Assembly: GCA_014686905.1 (NCBI GenBank)
Contig: GCA_014686905.1_4093.1
DNA from: a phage
DNA length: 64,000 nt
Strand: one strand, 5' to 3'
In this document: in pieces, positions 42,764-61,122 of the stretch
How the letters are laid out: each line of letters starts with the position of its first letter
Position numbering within the stretch: the stretch's first letter is position 1
Program-made: the position numbers and the translations under genes
Notes under the pieces: model-generated
The model's database searches: none
The model's input: the letters and a program-made list of their open reading frames with translations, nothing else
Told to the model about the DNA's origin: nothing

Positions 42764-43483
42764 ATGTACACACCACCAATTGTTAGCAGATATACATATG
42801 TTGGTTACAATAGAATTGAAGGCGGCCCAGAAGGTCGCCTTTATTCAACTCCAACAGGTAATCTGCCGTCAGTAACAACAATTCTAAGTGCGACCTCGAA
42901 TGACGAAGGTTTAAAGAAATGGAGAGAATTTGTTGGTGAAGAAAAGGCTAATGAGATTACATTAGAAGCATGTACAGTTGGTACTTTTATGCATGAGAAC
43001 TTGGAATTTAGATTGGAAGGAAAGCCAGACCATGAAGGCGGTATGCCAATTCGAGTTCTTGCACGTAGAATGGCTGACAAAATTCAGCAAGAAGCATGGC
43101 CTAGAATTAATGAAGTATGGGGACAGGAAGTCCCATTGTACTATGAAGGTTTATGGGCCGGAACAACTGATTTAGTAGGTGTTCATGATGGAATCCCAAC
43201 CATTATGGATTATAAAAATTCCCGTAAAGTTAAGAAGTGGGGACAAATCGAAAATTATCGTATGCAAATTGCAGCATATGCATTAGCCCATAATCAAATG
43301 TTTGGTACTAATATAGAACGTGGTGTGATTTTCATCTGTGTAAGAAAAGATCCTAACAATCTACAATATCAAGAGTTTGTCATAGAAGGTCAAGACTTCA
43401 AAGATGCAGTCAATATGTGGATTGAACGTGTAGAACAATACTATATTTTACGTGGAGAAATTGAATCAAATGGAGCAGCATAA
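42764..43483 (+). CDS. putative PD-(D/E)xK family nuclease
   Basis: N-terminal PSVTTIL; later D...D.K-type cluster (TDLVGVHDGIPTIMDYKNSRK); tentative. Confidence 0.45.
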   Translation: MYTPPIVSRYTYVGYNRIEGGPEGRLYSTPTGNLPSVTTILSATSNDEGLKKWREFVGEEKANEITLEACTVGTFMHENLEFRLEGKPDHEGGMPIRVLARRMADKIQQEAWPRINEVWGQEVPLYYEGLWAGTTDLVGVHDGIPTIMDYKNSRKVKKWGQIENYRMQIAAYALAHNQMFGTNIERGVIFICVRKDPNNLQYQEFVIEGQDFKDAVNMWIERVEQYYILRGEIESNGAA

Positions 43484-44024
43484 AAAAATGAAACAAGATC
43501 TATATACAATTCGTGCACTAGTAAGTAAAGGTTATGATTTAGAAGAAGTAATTAAACTTAGTGAAGAAGAGATTGATAAACTTGATTTATCAAATAAGCT
43601 AATTCTAAATATCAAAGATTATAAACAACGTGGTGCTAAACCTGTTGAAGAAATTAAAGAACAAATTGCACAAGATATTAGTGTTGATGAAGTATCACGC
43701 AATGTACCACCAGAAGTTATCCAAGAGTATGTTGTTGATAGTGAAGAACAAGTTAAAGTTTCTGAAGAAGTTGAAATTATTGCAGAAGAACTTGCTCCTG
43801 AATTGGAAGAAGATGAAGTCGTTATTGAGCGTGTTGTTTCATCTAAAGAAGATTTGGACATTATCAAAGAAGCATTACAGACTAAAGAATTTAAAAGTGT
43901 TTCCAACTATGTTAAACATTTAAAATCTTTAGTACCAGAACAAATTTTATCTTCTGTAGATAGCTCAGTTGTATCTCAACTAATTAATGAGCGTATTGCG
44001 GAAGTTAAAGAAAAAGCTAAATAA
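43470..44024 (+). CDS. hypothetical acidic protein (ORF opens at 43452 with GTG)
   Basis: ORF; E/K-rich. Confidence 0.45.
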   Translation: MEQHKKMKQDLYTIRALVSKGYDLEEVIKLSEEEIDKLDLSNKLILNIKDYKQRGAKPVEEIKEQIAQDISVDEVSRNVPPEVIQEYVVDSEEQVKVSEEVEIIAEELAPELEEDEVVIERVVSSKEDLDIIKEALQTKEFKSVSNYVKHLKSLVPEQILSSVDSSVVSQLINERIAEVKEKAK

Positions 44025-44052
44025 TCCTATAATACTATAGGAGATAGTTTTT

Positions 44053-44634
44053 ATGGCACAACAACAAATTGCTTTACAACAAGTAAGAACTGGTAAACAG
44101 AGAGACTTACCTGATGCATTAGAAAAAGGTCAGATAGGATTCAGTACTGATGTGGGTCGTGTTTTTATTGGCCTTCCATCATCATCTGACCCCGCCAGCT
44201 TAGTTGCAGGTAGAACTTGGACTACTGATCCAAATTCAGGTAAAGAAAACGTAGAAATAATTACAGAATTTTCACCGTGGAGAACGGTATCAAAAATAAT
44301 TAACAGACCGTTTAAAGTTGATCTTCCACAAAATCAAGAAAGTATAGAAGTTATTCTTGAAAGTGAAAGTAGAGTATTCATCGATTATATTGCATATGAT
44401 GATACCGAAACGGTTTTGGAATCAGGAACTATTCAAATTGTAGCTGCTGGTACAAACACGATGATTGCACAGTCAAATAATACAAATAGAACTGACGCAA
44501 TTATTTCTATCTCATTTGAAGATCCTGCATATGATTCTACAACTGGAAATATGCAATTTAACATAGTTAACTCGGATTATTTAAATTCAGGATATCATAT
44601 AGAATTTGTATATCGTGGGTGGGACAAACCTTAA
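44053..44634 (+). CDS. hypothetical protein (193 aa)
   Basis: AGGAG RBS; terminator follows. Confidence 0.5.
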   Translation: MAQQQIALQQVRTGKQRDLPDALEKGQIGFSTDVGRVFIGLPSSSDPASLVAGRTWTTDPNSGKENVEIITEFSPWRTVSKIINRPFKVDLPQNQESIEVILESESRVFIDYIAYDDTETVLESGTIQIVAAGTNTMIAQSNNTNRTDAIISISFEDPAYDSTTGNMQFNIVNSDYLNSGYHIEFVYRGWDKP

Positions 44635-44653
44635 AAGGCGTCCCGCCTTTTTC
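44633..44653 (+). terminator. rho-independent terminator
   Basis: AAAAGGCG-TCC-CGCCTTTT followed by TCTT. Confidence 0.7.
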
Positions 44654-44697
44654 TTCCACTAAAAAAAGAAATTTACATCAAAAAACAAGGATGACAC

Positions 44698-47016
44698 ATG
44701 ATTAACGTAACCAAGCGTAATGGAATGAAAGAGCCGTTATCATTGGATAAGATCCATCAAATTTTATTTTTCGCTGCTGAAGGTTTAAGTGGTATTTCAG
44801 TTTCTGAAATTGAAATCCGAGCACAGCTTCAGTTTTATGAAGGTATTGAAACTAGTACTATTCATGATATTCTTATTAAAGCAGCAGCAGAACTTATTTC
44901 AGAAGATACACCTAATTACCAATATGTTGCTGGAAGACTATTAAACTATAGTATTCGTAAGCAAGTATATGGGCAGTATGACCCAATTAAATATACTGCT
45001 CATCTTCAAGAAATGGTTGATACCAAAATATATGATCCTGAAATTCTTGAGAAATATACTCTTCAAGAAATAGAAGAGCTTGGACGTTATATCAAACATA
45101 AACGTGACGATAAATTTACTTATGTTGCAATGCGTCAATGGGAAGGAAAATACCTTTACAAAAATCGCGTTACTAAGAAAATTTATGAAACTCCACAAAT
45201 GGCATATATGACTATTGCAGCAATCATCTTTATGGAGTATGATCGTTCTGTTCGTATGTCATATGTTAAAAAGTTTTATGATGCAGTAAGTAACTTTGAC
45301 ATTAGTCTTCCTACGCCTATTATGGCTGGTCTACGTACAAATACACGTCAGTTTAGCTCTTGTGTAGTACTAAACGTTGGTGACAGCTTGGATAGTATTG
45401 GTTCCTCTAACCACGCTATTCTACGTTATATTTCACGTAAAGCTGGTCTTGGTATTAATATGGGCCGCATTCGTGCTCTGGACTCCGAGATTCGTTCAGG
45501 TGATGCAGTACACACTGGGCTGATTCCGTTCATTGCAGCTACTGCTAAGACTGTTAAAAGCTGTTCACAAGGTGGTGTTCGTGGTGGTGCAGCAACTGTT
45601 CACTTCCCATTGTGGCATTTGGAATTTGATAACTTGGTAGTCCTTAAAAATAACAAAGGTACTGAGTTTAACCGTGTGCGTCAACTGGACTATTGTTTCC
45701 AAGTAAACAAAACTTTGTATCAACGTTTGGTTGATGGAAAGAATATTACATTCTTTAGTCCTAATGAAGTCCCTGGGCTATATGAAGCATTCTGCTCTGA
45801 TCAAAAAGAATTTGAAAAGTTATATAAAAAATACGAAGCTGACCAAAGCATCCGTAAAAAATCCGTACCTGCTGTTGAAGTATTCAGTACTTTAATGACT
45901 GAGCGTGCTGAAACTGGGCGTATCTATATTCAAAATATTGACCATGCAAACACTCATTCAACATTTATTGAATCTATTGCACCTATTGAACAATCCAACT
46001 TGTGTCAAGAAATCGCACTACCATCTGTGCCATTTGATGACATTAATACTGGGGAAGGTTTGATTAGTTTATGTACATTGAGTGCAATCAACTGGGGTAA
46101 CTTTGACCGTCCAGAAGATATGGAAACGGCATGTGATCTTTCTGTTCGTGCTCTTGATTCTCTATTAGACTATCAAGACTACCCAGTAGTTCATGCTGAC
46201 CGTGCTACAAAAATGTATCGTCCACTAGGTGTTGGTATTATTAACTTTGCATACTTCCTTGCTAAACGTGGTTTACGTTATAATGAAGCAGCACTAGAAA
46301 CAGTTAACGAGTGGGCCGAGGCATGGTCTTACTATCTAATTAAATCTTCTGTACAGCTTGCTAAAGAGAAAGGTAAGTGTGAAGGATTTGATAATCTAAA
46401 ATATGCCAAAGGTATCCTTCCAATCGATACTTATAAATCGGACATTGATGAATTAGTAACTAAAGAACTAAAACAAGATTGGGAATCCTTACGTGCCGAT
46501 ATCAAAGAATATGGTATTCGTAACGCAACAACAATGGCATTAATGCCAGCAGAAACAAGTGCACAAATCAGTAACAGTACTAACGGTATTGAAAAGCCAC
46601 GTTCTCTTGTAACGAAGAAACTATCTAAGGATGGTATTCTTAAACAAGTAGTTCCAGAAATCAATAAGTTGAAAAACAAATATGATTTACTATGGGATCA
46701 GAAAGATAACATTGGTTATCTACAAATCTGTGGTGTTCTACAAAAATACATTGACCAAAGTATCAGTGTTAATACTAGTTATAACCCAATACACTTCCCT
46801 GATGGTAAGTTGCCAATGTCAACTCTTCTAACTGAACTTATGTATGCATATAAAGTTGGTTTGAAAAATCTTTATTATCATAATACAAATGATGGTTCAG
46901 ATGAAGTAGACGTTGAAAAAGTACTGAAAGAAGCTGCCAAACCAGAATCTGGACAATTTGTATTACCATCACTTCCTGATTTGGATGAAGGTGATTGTGA
47001 TAGTTGTAAAATCTAA
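44698..47016 (+). CDS. nrdA: ribonucleotide reductase class Ia large subunit
   Basis: N-terminal ATP-cone-like VTKRNG; active-site SNLCQEIALP; C-terminal CDSC cysteine pair; 772 aa. Confidence 0.9.
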   Translation: MINVTKRNGMKEPLSLDKIHQILFFAAEGLSGISVSEIEIRAQLQFYEGIETSTIHDILIKAAAELISEDTPNYQYVAGRLLNYSIRKQVYGQYDPIKYTAHLQEMVDTKIYDPEILEKYTLQEIEELGRYIKHKRDDKFTYVAMRQWEGKYLYKNRVTKKIYETPQMAYMTIAAIIFMEYDRSVRMSYVKKFYDAVSNFDISLPTPIMAGLRTNTRQFSSCVVLNVGDSLDSIGSSNHAILRYISRKAGLGINMGRIRALDSEIRSGDAVHTGLIPFIAATAKTVKSCSQGGVRGGAATVHFPLWHLEFDNLVVLKNNKGTEFNRVRQLDYCFQVNKTLYQRLVDGKNITFFSPNEVPGLYEAFCSDQKEFEKLYKKYEADQSIRKKSVPAVEVFSTLMTERAETGRIYIQNIDHANTHSTFIESIAPIEQSNLCQEIALPSVPFDDINTGEGLISLCTLSAINWGNFDRPEDMETACDLSVRALDSLLDYQDYPVVHADRATKMYRPLGVGIINFAYFLAKRGLRYNEAALETVNEWAEAWSYYLIKSSVQLAKEKGKCEGFDNLKYAKGILPIDTYKSDIDELVTKELKQDWESLRADIKEYGIRNATTMALMPAETSAQISNSTNGIEKPRSLVTKKLSKDGILKQVVPEINKLKNKYDLLWDQKDNIGYLQICGVLQKYIDQSISVNTSYNPIHFPDGKLPMSTLLTELMYAYKVGLKNLYYHNTNDGSDEVDVEKVLKEAAKPESGQFVLPSLPDLDEGDCDSCKI

Positions 47017-47022
47017 TTTAAG

Positions 47023-47048
47023 ATCCCGCTTCGGCGGGATTATTATTT
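47023..47048 (+). terminator. rho-independent terminator between nrdA and nrdB
   Basis: ATCCCGC-TTCG-GCGGGAT followed by TATTATTT. Confidence 0.75.
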
Positions 47049-47070
47049 CAAAATATATAAAGGAATATAT

Positions 47071-48195
47071 ATGTCAGTTTTCAAAATTAACGAGAAGTCT
47101 CACCTAGAAAAAAATATGTTTTTTGATGAAAGTGTTGATATCCAACGCTTTGAAAGTAACAAATACTCTACACTTGAAAAACTAACAGAGCAACAGAAAA
47201 GTTTCTTCTGGACTCCTGGTGAAGTTGACGTATCTAAAGATAAAATTGATTTTGCCAACCTTAATGATTCCGAGAAGCACATTTTTACCTCTAACTTGAA
47301 ACGTCAAATTCTTCTTGATTCCGTACAAGGTCGTGGTCCAAACCTAATGTTACTTCCATATGCATCTCTACCTGAACTAGAGAACTTTATAGAGACATGG
47401 GCATTCTTTGAAGGTGCGATTCATAGCAAATCATACACTCACATTATTCGTAACATTTATCCTAATCCATCTGAAGTATTTGATACTATGTTGGACATTC
47501 CAGAAATCACAGATTGTGCGGCTGATGTTTCCAAATACTACGATGAACTTGATGTATTAGGAACTTTATACCGTGCATTGGGCGTTGGGACACATACAAT
47601 CAATGGTGAAACAGTTGAAATTAGTTTGTACGAACTAAAGAAAAAACTTTGGTTGTGTCTGAATAGTATTAACATTCTTGAAGGTGTTCGTTTTTATGCA
47701 AGCTTTGCGTGTTCTTGGGCGTTTGCTGAAAACAATCTAATGGAAGGTAATGCTAAGATTATCCGTCTAATCTGTCGTGATGAAAACCTACACCTAGCAG
47801 CAACCCAAATGATTCTACGTCTTCTGAAAAAAGAAGATCCAGATATGGTAAAAATAGCAGAAGAGTGTTATGATGAAGTACTGGAAATGTTTATGTCTGC
47901 TATCCGTCAAGAAGAAGCTTGGGCAGACTTCCTCTTTAAAGATGGTTCAATCATTGGGCTGAATGCAGAAATCCTAAAACAATATGTTCGTTGGATTGGT
48001 TCTAAGCGTATGACTGCACTAGGAATTAAATGTCCATATACCGTATCTAAGAGTAACCCACTACCTTGGACTGAGCATTGGGTTAGTGGTGGTTCAGTAC
48101 AAGTTGCACCACAAGAAACTGAAATAAGTTCTTATATCATTGGTGGTATTGTGAATGATATCCAAGTAGATACATTCACACCATTCAAACTATAA
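47071..48195 (+). CDS. nrdB: ribonucleotide reductase class Ia small subunit
   Basis: Di-iron ligand motifs (including DENLH); size 374 aa; immediately after nrdA. Confidence 0.88.
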   Translation: MSVFKINEKSHLEKNMFFDESVDIQRFESNKYSTLEKLTEQQKSFFWTPGEVDVSKDKIDFANLNDSEKHIFTSNLKRQILLDSVQGRGPNLMLLPYASLPELENFIETWAFFEGAIHSKSYTHIIRNIYPNPSEVFDTMLDIPEITDCAADVSKYYDELDVLGTLYRALGVGTHTINGETVEISLYELKKKLWLCLNSINILEGVRFYASFACSWAFAENNLMEGNAKIIRLICRDENLHLAATQMILRLLKKEDPDMVKIAEECYDEVLEMFMSAIRQEEAWADFLFKDGSIIGLNAEILKQYVRWIGSKRMTALGIKCPYTVSKSNPLPWTEHWVSGGSVQVAPQETEISSYIIGGIVNDIQVDTFTPFKL

Positions 48196-48207
48196 ATTCA
48201 AACTAAC

Positions 48208-48233
48208 AGGGATTCTATGAATCCCTTTTCTTA
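48208..48233 (+). terminator. rho-independent terminator after nrdB
   Basis: GGGATTC-TATG-AATCCC followed by TTTTCTT. Confidence 0.75.
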
Positions 48234-48245
48234 TGGGTATAATAT

Positions 48246-51284
<3,039 letters not shown>

Positions 51285-51369
51285 TGTTAATCTCCAATCT
51301 TATTGTTATTTTTATAAAGTATTTACCCAATTTTACGTTTTACATAGTTTATATGGAGAAAGAAGTAAT

Positions 51370-52672
<1,303 letters not shown>

Positions 52673-52699
52673 CTTGAAATGTAAAAATCAGTCGAGGGA

Positions 52700-54043
52700 A
52701 TGATGAGTAAAATTAAGCTTACGGATAAGCAACAAGAAATCTTTGATGATTTTATAGATCGTGTTTACAACTATGCAGGTAAGACCATTTCGGTTTTGTC
52801 TGCCCCAGCAGGAACTGGAAAAACATTCACTACTGCTGAGATTGTAAAAGCACTATGTAAAAACTATAATATTGCAGTAACTTCACCTACACATAAAGCC
52901 AATGCTGTTATTCGTAATATGCTAATCAATAATGCTGGTCTTACTAAGGAAGATGCACAAGTTAGTACAATACACTCTTTTTTAGGACTAAAATTAGTAT
53001 ATGAAAAGAATCGTCAAGTACTGAAACATGATCCCCAAAGTAAAGTTAGTAATACTAACGTTGACATTCTTATTGTTGATGAGTGTAGTATGATTTCAGA
53101 AGAATTATTCCAACATATTCAGGATCAATTGTGGCGTGTCCGTCGAGCAGTTTTATTCATTGGTGATCGTTGTCAATTGCCCCCAGTTGAGTCCGAAGGT
53201 ACAATGGGAGAGACTAAATTGTCTCCTACGTTTGATGTACCTGTTCAATATGAGTTAACTGAGGTTTTACGTCAAGCATTGGATAATCCGATTTTGGCAG
53301 TTGCAACTGCTATTCGAGAGTGTATTGGAACTAGTAAAAATCCATTTGATATTATGCATCAGACATATGGTTTAAGCACTATTACACCTATTGATGATGA
53401 AGATTTATTTTTAGATGTTTATCGTGAATTTATTATGGAAAACAAGGGTTCATCTAAAAAAATATTTGATTTCGTAAATGAAAATAAAATCTTAGCATAT
53501 ACTAACTATCGAGTTAATTTGGCTAATATTTACATTAGAAGTCAACTATTTGAAGTACCAGATGAATTTACTAAAGGTGAACCAATTGTTTTTGAAAGCA
53601 TAACTGAGAATAGTCCATATGTAGTACAACAAATTATACAATGTCCTGAAGTGAAACGTGAAAGTTTTATGGGGATTGATTGTTGGCAATTCCGTTTACC
53701 TAATGGTAGTTATATTTTAGGCGTAGGACCAGAAACAAGAATTGCAATGGACGAAAAACTAGATAAACTTGTTAAGGATATTGAGAAAAAAGAAATAAAT
53801 CCATTGACAAAGAAACCATATATGTGGCAGGATTACTATGTAATAAAGAATAAATTGCATATTATCAATTATCCTTACGCAACAACTGTTCATAAATCGC
53901 AAGGAAGTACTTTTGATAACATTTGGTTTGATACTGATTTTATTGAACGTATTGGTACAAATGATACTAAGTGTAGAATTTTATACACTGCCATGACACG
54001 TCCACGATATAGTGTTATGTTGAGACAAAATGCACGATTCTAA
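52700..54043 (+). CDS. dda: Dda-type SF1B DNA helicase
   Basis: Walker A APAGTGKT; AVTSPTHKAN; VDECSM; C-terminal TVHKSQGSTF; 447 aa vs 439 in T4 Dda. Confidence 0.82.
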   Translation: MMSKIKLTDKQQEIFDDFIDRVYNYAGKTISVLSAPAGTGKTFTTAEIVKALCKNYNIAVTSPTHKANAVIRNMLINNAGLTKEDAQVSTIHSFLGLKLVYEKNRQVLKHDPQSKVSNTNVDILIVDECSMISEELFQHIQDQLWRVRRAVLFIGDRCQLPPVESEGTMGETKLSPTFDVPVQYELTEVLRQALDNPILAVATAIRECIGTSKNPFDIMHQTYGLSTITPIDDEDLFLDVYREFIMENKGSSKKIFDFVNENKILAYTNYRVNLANIYIRSQLFEVPDEFTKGEPIVFESITENSPYVVQQIIQCPEVKRESFMGIDCWQFRLPNGSYILGVGPETRIAMDEKLDKLVKDIEKKEINPLTKKPYMWQDYYVIKNKLHIINYPYATTVHKSQGSTFDNIWFDTDFIERIGTNDTKCRILYTAMTRPRYSVMLRQNARF

Positions 54044-54126
54044 AAAACTAAATGTTATACGTAAATATTTTTGATTTTTAATAATAAATAATCAAAAGTG
54101 TTTTGTATTATGGAGAAGAATATACA

Positions 54127-54693
54127 ATGAACAATTTACTACAAGTATTTAAAATTGAAGTTTCAGGGACGAACCTAGATAATATCCCATATTATATGTA
54201 TGGTGATTATGATTCATCTTCCCCAACAACCGCACCTACTGACCAGCAAACTATTGATAAGTCAATCGCACTTTTGCGTTATCTACAACTTTCACGTTTG
54301 CTCTCAACGTATTCAGTACCAGTTTATAGTAAAGTTGAATTTTCTACACCTGGGACTGCAAAAACTATCCCAACTGGTGCAACAATTACAGTTGGTTATA
54401 TTAGTTATCAACCGTTTATTAACACACTAAGTGTTGCTGACCAAGCTGCACTAACTACTGAAGATATGAAAACTGCAAAAGCTGCTGAAATAATTCAAAA
54501 ACTAATCAATGATTCATTGAAAGGTGACGGTACTAATGCTATCGTAAATGAAGAAATAACTGTACAAAAAACCATTCAGAGAATCAAGAACGCACTTACT
54601 ACAAGTACTGTTGATTTTATTGAATATGAGAACGTGTATCTTAATGTTCCTTCAGTTACTGATGCATCAGTAGTATCTTACGTTAAATTATAA
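54127..54693 (+). CDS. hypothetical protein (188 aa; ORF opens at 54103 with TTG)
   Basis: GGAGAAG RBS before the ATG at 54127; AATAAATAATCA element upstream. Confidence 0.45.
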   Translation: MNNLLQVFKIEVSGTNLDNIPYYMYGDYDSSSPTTAPTDQQTIDKSIALLRYLQLSRLLSTYSVPVYSKVEFSTPGTAKTIPTGATITVGYISYQPFINTLSVADQAALTTEDMKTAKAAEIIQKLINDSLKGDGTNAIVNEEITVQKTIQRIKNALTTSTVDFIEYENVYLNVPSVTDASVVSYVKL

Positions 54694-54716
54694 TTTTATA
54701 ACATGGAGTTCTTGAC

Positions 54717-54911
54717 ATGACTGACAAAACATTTTATGATCGTATTATTGAAGACAAGGGAGTTTTTGATAAGGTAGTTTATGACCTAGAACTTATGATC
54801 AAAGACGCACCAAACCCACGTGTGCGAACCCAAGCAGAATTTGCAAAAACTTATCTTGTTCAAGTTCAAGCAATCTGTGAAGCAATTAAAAAACACAATG
54901 ATAGTGCTTGA
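54717..54911 (+). CDS. hypothetical protein (64 aa)
   Basis: ORF; its stop overlaps the -35 of the downstream promoter. Confidence 0.4.
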   Translation: MTDKTFYDRIIEDKGVFDKVVYDLELMIKDAPNPRVRTQAEFAKTYLVQVQAICEAIKKHNDSA

Positions 54912-54936
54912 CAGAACTAATGTTCTATCCTATAAT
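54908..54936 (+). promoter_or_regulatory. perfect consensus sigma70 promoter TTGACA-N17-TATAAT
   Basis: TTGACA at 54908-54913, 17-nt spacer, TATAAT at 54931-54936; 45 nt upstream of the IF3-like gene. Confidence 0.75.
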
Positions 54937-54980
54937 TACTATCGAACAAAACATTAAAATCATATTGGAGCTTTTATTAC

Positions 54981-56043
<1,063 letters not shown>

Positions 56044-56077
56044 AATATAGACTTAAAAACTCCAAGATTAGATATAT

Positions 56078-58220
<2,143 letters not shown>

Positions 58221-58221
<1 letters not shown>

Positions 58222-59012
58222 TGCCAAGTAAAAGTAAAAGTCAGGCGAAGTTTTTCGCTGCCGCTGCTCATAATCCAGAATTTGCTAAAAAAGCGGGCAT
58301 TTCACAAAGTGCAGCAAAAGAGTGGAACGCTGCTGATGAGAAGGAAGGAAATCTTAAAAAAGGATCAAAACTCCCTGATAAAGTTAAAGAATCTAGTATG
58401 CGTAGTTTGGTTGATATTGTACAAGATGCAGAACTAGCTGATACAGATGACAGAACTTGTGATATAATGGATTCATGTGACGATGAAAAAGATAAGCTGG
58501 ATGAAATGCCACAACGCTTCGATAGTTTTCAAGGTCAAGACAGAGATGAGTTTGTTGATAAAACTGCTGAAATGACTGGTAAGAAAAATATGGTAAAATT
58601 CGCGGAACATAAAGAATATGATGTTTACATGAATAAGCATGGCACAGGTTTTATTGCTTATGATAAGGCGGGTAAACAGCTTGCTATCGTTAGTGGACAT
58701 TTATCCAATGATGCAGTCCTCGGTGTTCCTAATGTGTTTCAGATTGCTGCCACAGCTTCTAAAACCGGAACTAAGGGCATCATCTATAATATTTTTATGG
58801 ATATGGTAGCTAATGGTGTAAAAGTACTGAGCGACAGTCTTCATACCGATGATGCAATTAAATTTTGGACACGTCTAATTGGCTCACATCAAGTCTACAT
58901 AGTAGGTGGTGGTGAAGTTCTTGCAAAGGCAAGTTTAGATAAAGTTCATAAGTACTGGAGTGATGATGAATCAAGTCCAAGTGCTGAACTTAAACTTATG
59001 TTAGTAAAATAA
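58221..59012 (+). CDS. hypothetical protein with DUF3008-like N-terminal motif
   Basis: N-terminal SKSQAKFFAAAAHNPEFAKKAGISQSAAKEW resembles the phage DUF3008 signature; ATGA-type overlap. Confidence 0.45.
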
Positions 59013-59016
59013 TATA

Positions 59017-59049
59017 TCGGGACTAGATGTCCCGATATTTTTTTTGAGA
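59017..59049 (+). terminator. rho-independent terminator
   Basis: ATATCGGGAC-TAGA-TGTCCCGATAT followed by T8. Confidence 0.85.
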
Positions 59050-59073
59050 CAAAAATGACATTGATGATACAAT
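59046..59073 (+). promoter_or_regulatory. early-type promoter GAGACA-N16-TGaTACAAT for the topoisomerase genes
   Basis: Same architecture as the other G(A/G)GACA promoters. Confidence 0.5.
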
Positions 59074-59107
59074 GTTTTAGGACAAAGAGACACGATAAGG
59101 AAATCAA

Positions 59108-61072
59108 ATGGCTAAGAAAGAAAGTGCTGTTCTACAGGAACATGATGTTCAACGACTTAACGATTATCAACATGCTCGTTTACGTACCGAGATGTATCTT
59201 GGTTCACGTTCAGTTCATGAAAGTCAAGTACTAATATTTGGTGAATCTGGATATGAAGTTAAGAACGTAGAATGGGTTCCTGCAATTCTTACTGCTACAC
59301 GTGAAATTATTGATAACAGCTTAGATGAATTTAAAAAAGCGGGAACCAAAGAACCTGTTTTAAAAGTTGATTTCAATGAAGAAGAATTATCATTTGAAAT
59401 TAGTGATAACGGACGTGGTATTCCAATTGATTATGTACCTGAGTATCAGAAAAACCTTTGTACTATGGTAATGACTGAAACTAAAACAGGTCGTAACTTT
59501 GATGATTCTAAGCGTGACGAAACGATTGGTCAGAATGGTCTGGGTGGTTCAGTTGCGATGATTGTGAGTTCTAAGGCTGAACTAGAAATTCATCGTCAGG
59601 GCCGTCCTTATAAAACACAAAGTAGTAATGATGGTTATGATGGTTTTTATAAGTTCAATCAGAAGTTTGAAGAAGGGACAATTATGTTTCCAGAACTTCA
59701 TGTACACGAACCTACTATTCGTAAAGTACAAACTGATAAAACAGGAACCACTATTCGTTTCACATTGAGTAAAGAAGTTTTCCCAAATAGAAAACTACCT
59801 ACAGAATTACTTTATAGTATTCTGAAAGAAATGGCAGCAGCCAACCCAACTTACAAAATATTCTTGAATGGTAAACGTATTATTATTAAAGGTAATACTG
59901 AAAAGGCATTATTCAATGCACCAAAACTAATGCAGTTGAATGTTAAAGATGACTCATTCAACTTCAACAGTACGTTTTATATCGTACCAAATGCCGTATC
60001 CAATATGAATACTAATTTCCATATGCATGGTCTAGTGAATAACGCACCTGCTTTTGATGGTGGTACACATTTGGATACATTTAAAAAGTTCTTCTCACTA
60101 GGAGTTAGTACTGCATTAGAAAGAGAAGCAAAAAAACGTCGCATGAAACCCAACCGTTCTGATATTGAAGAAGGATTGTTGATTTACAACGTGACGACAA
60201 TGAAAGCTCCATCTTTCAACTCACAAATTAAATCTAAACTAACTAATGAAAATGTCATTCGTCCTATTCAGCAAGCGATGAGTTCTGAATGGTTCGACGA
60301 TTTAGTTAAGAAAAACAAAGAATGGGTTGATGAAATCTTTGAACGTTGTGCAGCACGAACTAACAAGAAAGATGCAGAAGAAGATCGTCGCCTTGCAAAA
60401 AAACTACTGAAAGGTAAAGTAGCAAAACTACTAGACAGTACTGGTACAGATCGTTCACAGTGTATTCTATTGATTGCAGAAGGTGACTCTGCTATTTCCA
60501 ACATGGCAAGTGCTCGTATTCCAAGCATTCATGGTATTCTACCATTACGTGGTAAAATTATGAACGTTAGTGGTTCTGAGAAAACAAAAGAACTAATGGA
60601 TTCGATGGCATTGCATGATATAATGGCTAGTATCAACTTAGTTCCAGGTGTTAAAGCTGAACGTGCAGATCTCAACTACGGTAAGCTTTATATTTGTGCA
60701 GATGAAGATGAGGACGGGAAGAACATTGGTGCACTAGTGTGTAACTTCTTATTCAAATTCTGGCCTGAGTTGTTTCAAGATCCTGAAAATCCATTTGTGT
60801 ATATTTTCAAAACCCCGTTTATCATTCTTGAGAAAGGTAAAGAAACACAATACTTTTATGGTCATAACGTACATGAATATAATCCAGATGATTGGAAAGG
60901 TTGGAAAGCAACCCGTGCAAAAGGATTGGGTACGTTGGAAAAAGCAAACTTCCGTGATGCATTCACTAATAGTGTTGCAGTAGCGATCACTGATGACGGA
61001 CGACTTGGTGAAACTCTTGATTTGATTTTCAACAAGAAGCGTGCTGATGATCGCAAGAACTGGATGGAATAA
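59108..61072 (+). CDS. 39: type II DNA topoisomerase large subunit (gp39/gp60-like, ATPase plus TOPRIM, fused)
   Basis: GHKL ATPase motifs (IIDNSLDE, GLGGS); TOPRIM ILLIAEGDSA; PLRGKIMNV; 654 aa. Confidence 0.88.
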   Translation: MAKKESAVLQEHDVQRLNDYQHARLRTEMYLGSRSVHESQVLIFGESGYEVKNVEWVPAILTATREIIDNSLDEFKKAGTKEPVLKVDFNEEELSFEISDNGRGIPIDYVPEYQKNLCTMVMTETKTGRNFDDSKRDETIGQNGLGGSVAMIVSSKAELEIHRQGRPYKTQSSNDGYDGFYKFNQKFEEGTIMFPELHVHEPTIRKVQTDKTGTTIRFTLSKEVFPNRKLPTELLYSILKEMAAANPTYKIFLNGKRIIIKGNTEKALFNAPKLMQLNVKDDSFNFNSTFYIVPNAVSNMNTNFHMHGLVNNAPAFDGGTHLDTFKKFFSLGVSTALEREAKKRRMKPNRSDIEEGLLIYNVTTMKAPSFNSQIKSKLTNENVIRPIQQAMSSEWFDDLVKKNKEWVDEIFERCAARTNKKDAEEDRRLAKKLLKGKVAKLLDSTGTDRSQCILLIAEGDSAISNMASARIPSIHGILPLRGKIMNVSGSEKTKELMDSMALHDIMASINLVPGVKAERADLNYGKLYICADEDEDGKNIGALVCNFLFKFWPELFQDPENPFVYIFKTPFIILEKGKETQYFYGHNVHEYNPDDWKGWKATRAKGLGTLEKANFRDAFTNSVAVAITDDGRLGETLDLIFNKKRADDRKNWME

Positions 61073-61083
61073 TATAGATTAAT

Positions 61084-61106
61084 GGGGAACATGGTGTTCC
61101 CCTTTT
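61084..61106 (+). terminator. rho-independent terminator between the topoisomerase subunit genes
   Basis: GGGGAACA-TGG-TGTTCCCC followed by TTTT. Confidence 0.7.
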
Positions 61107-61122
61107 ACAAAGAGACAATGGA

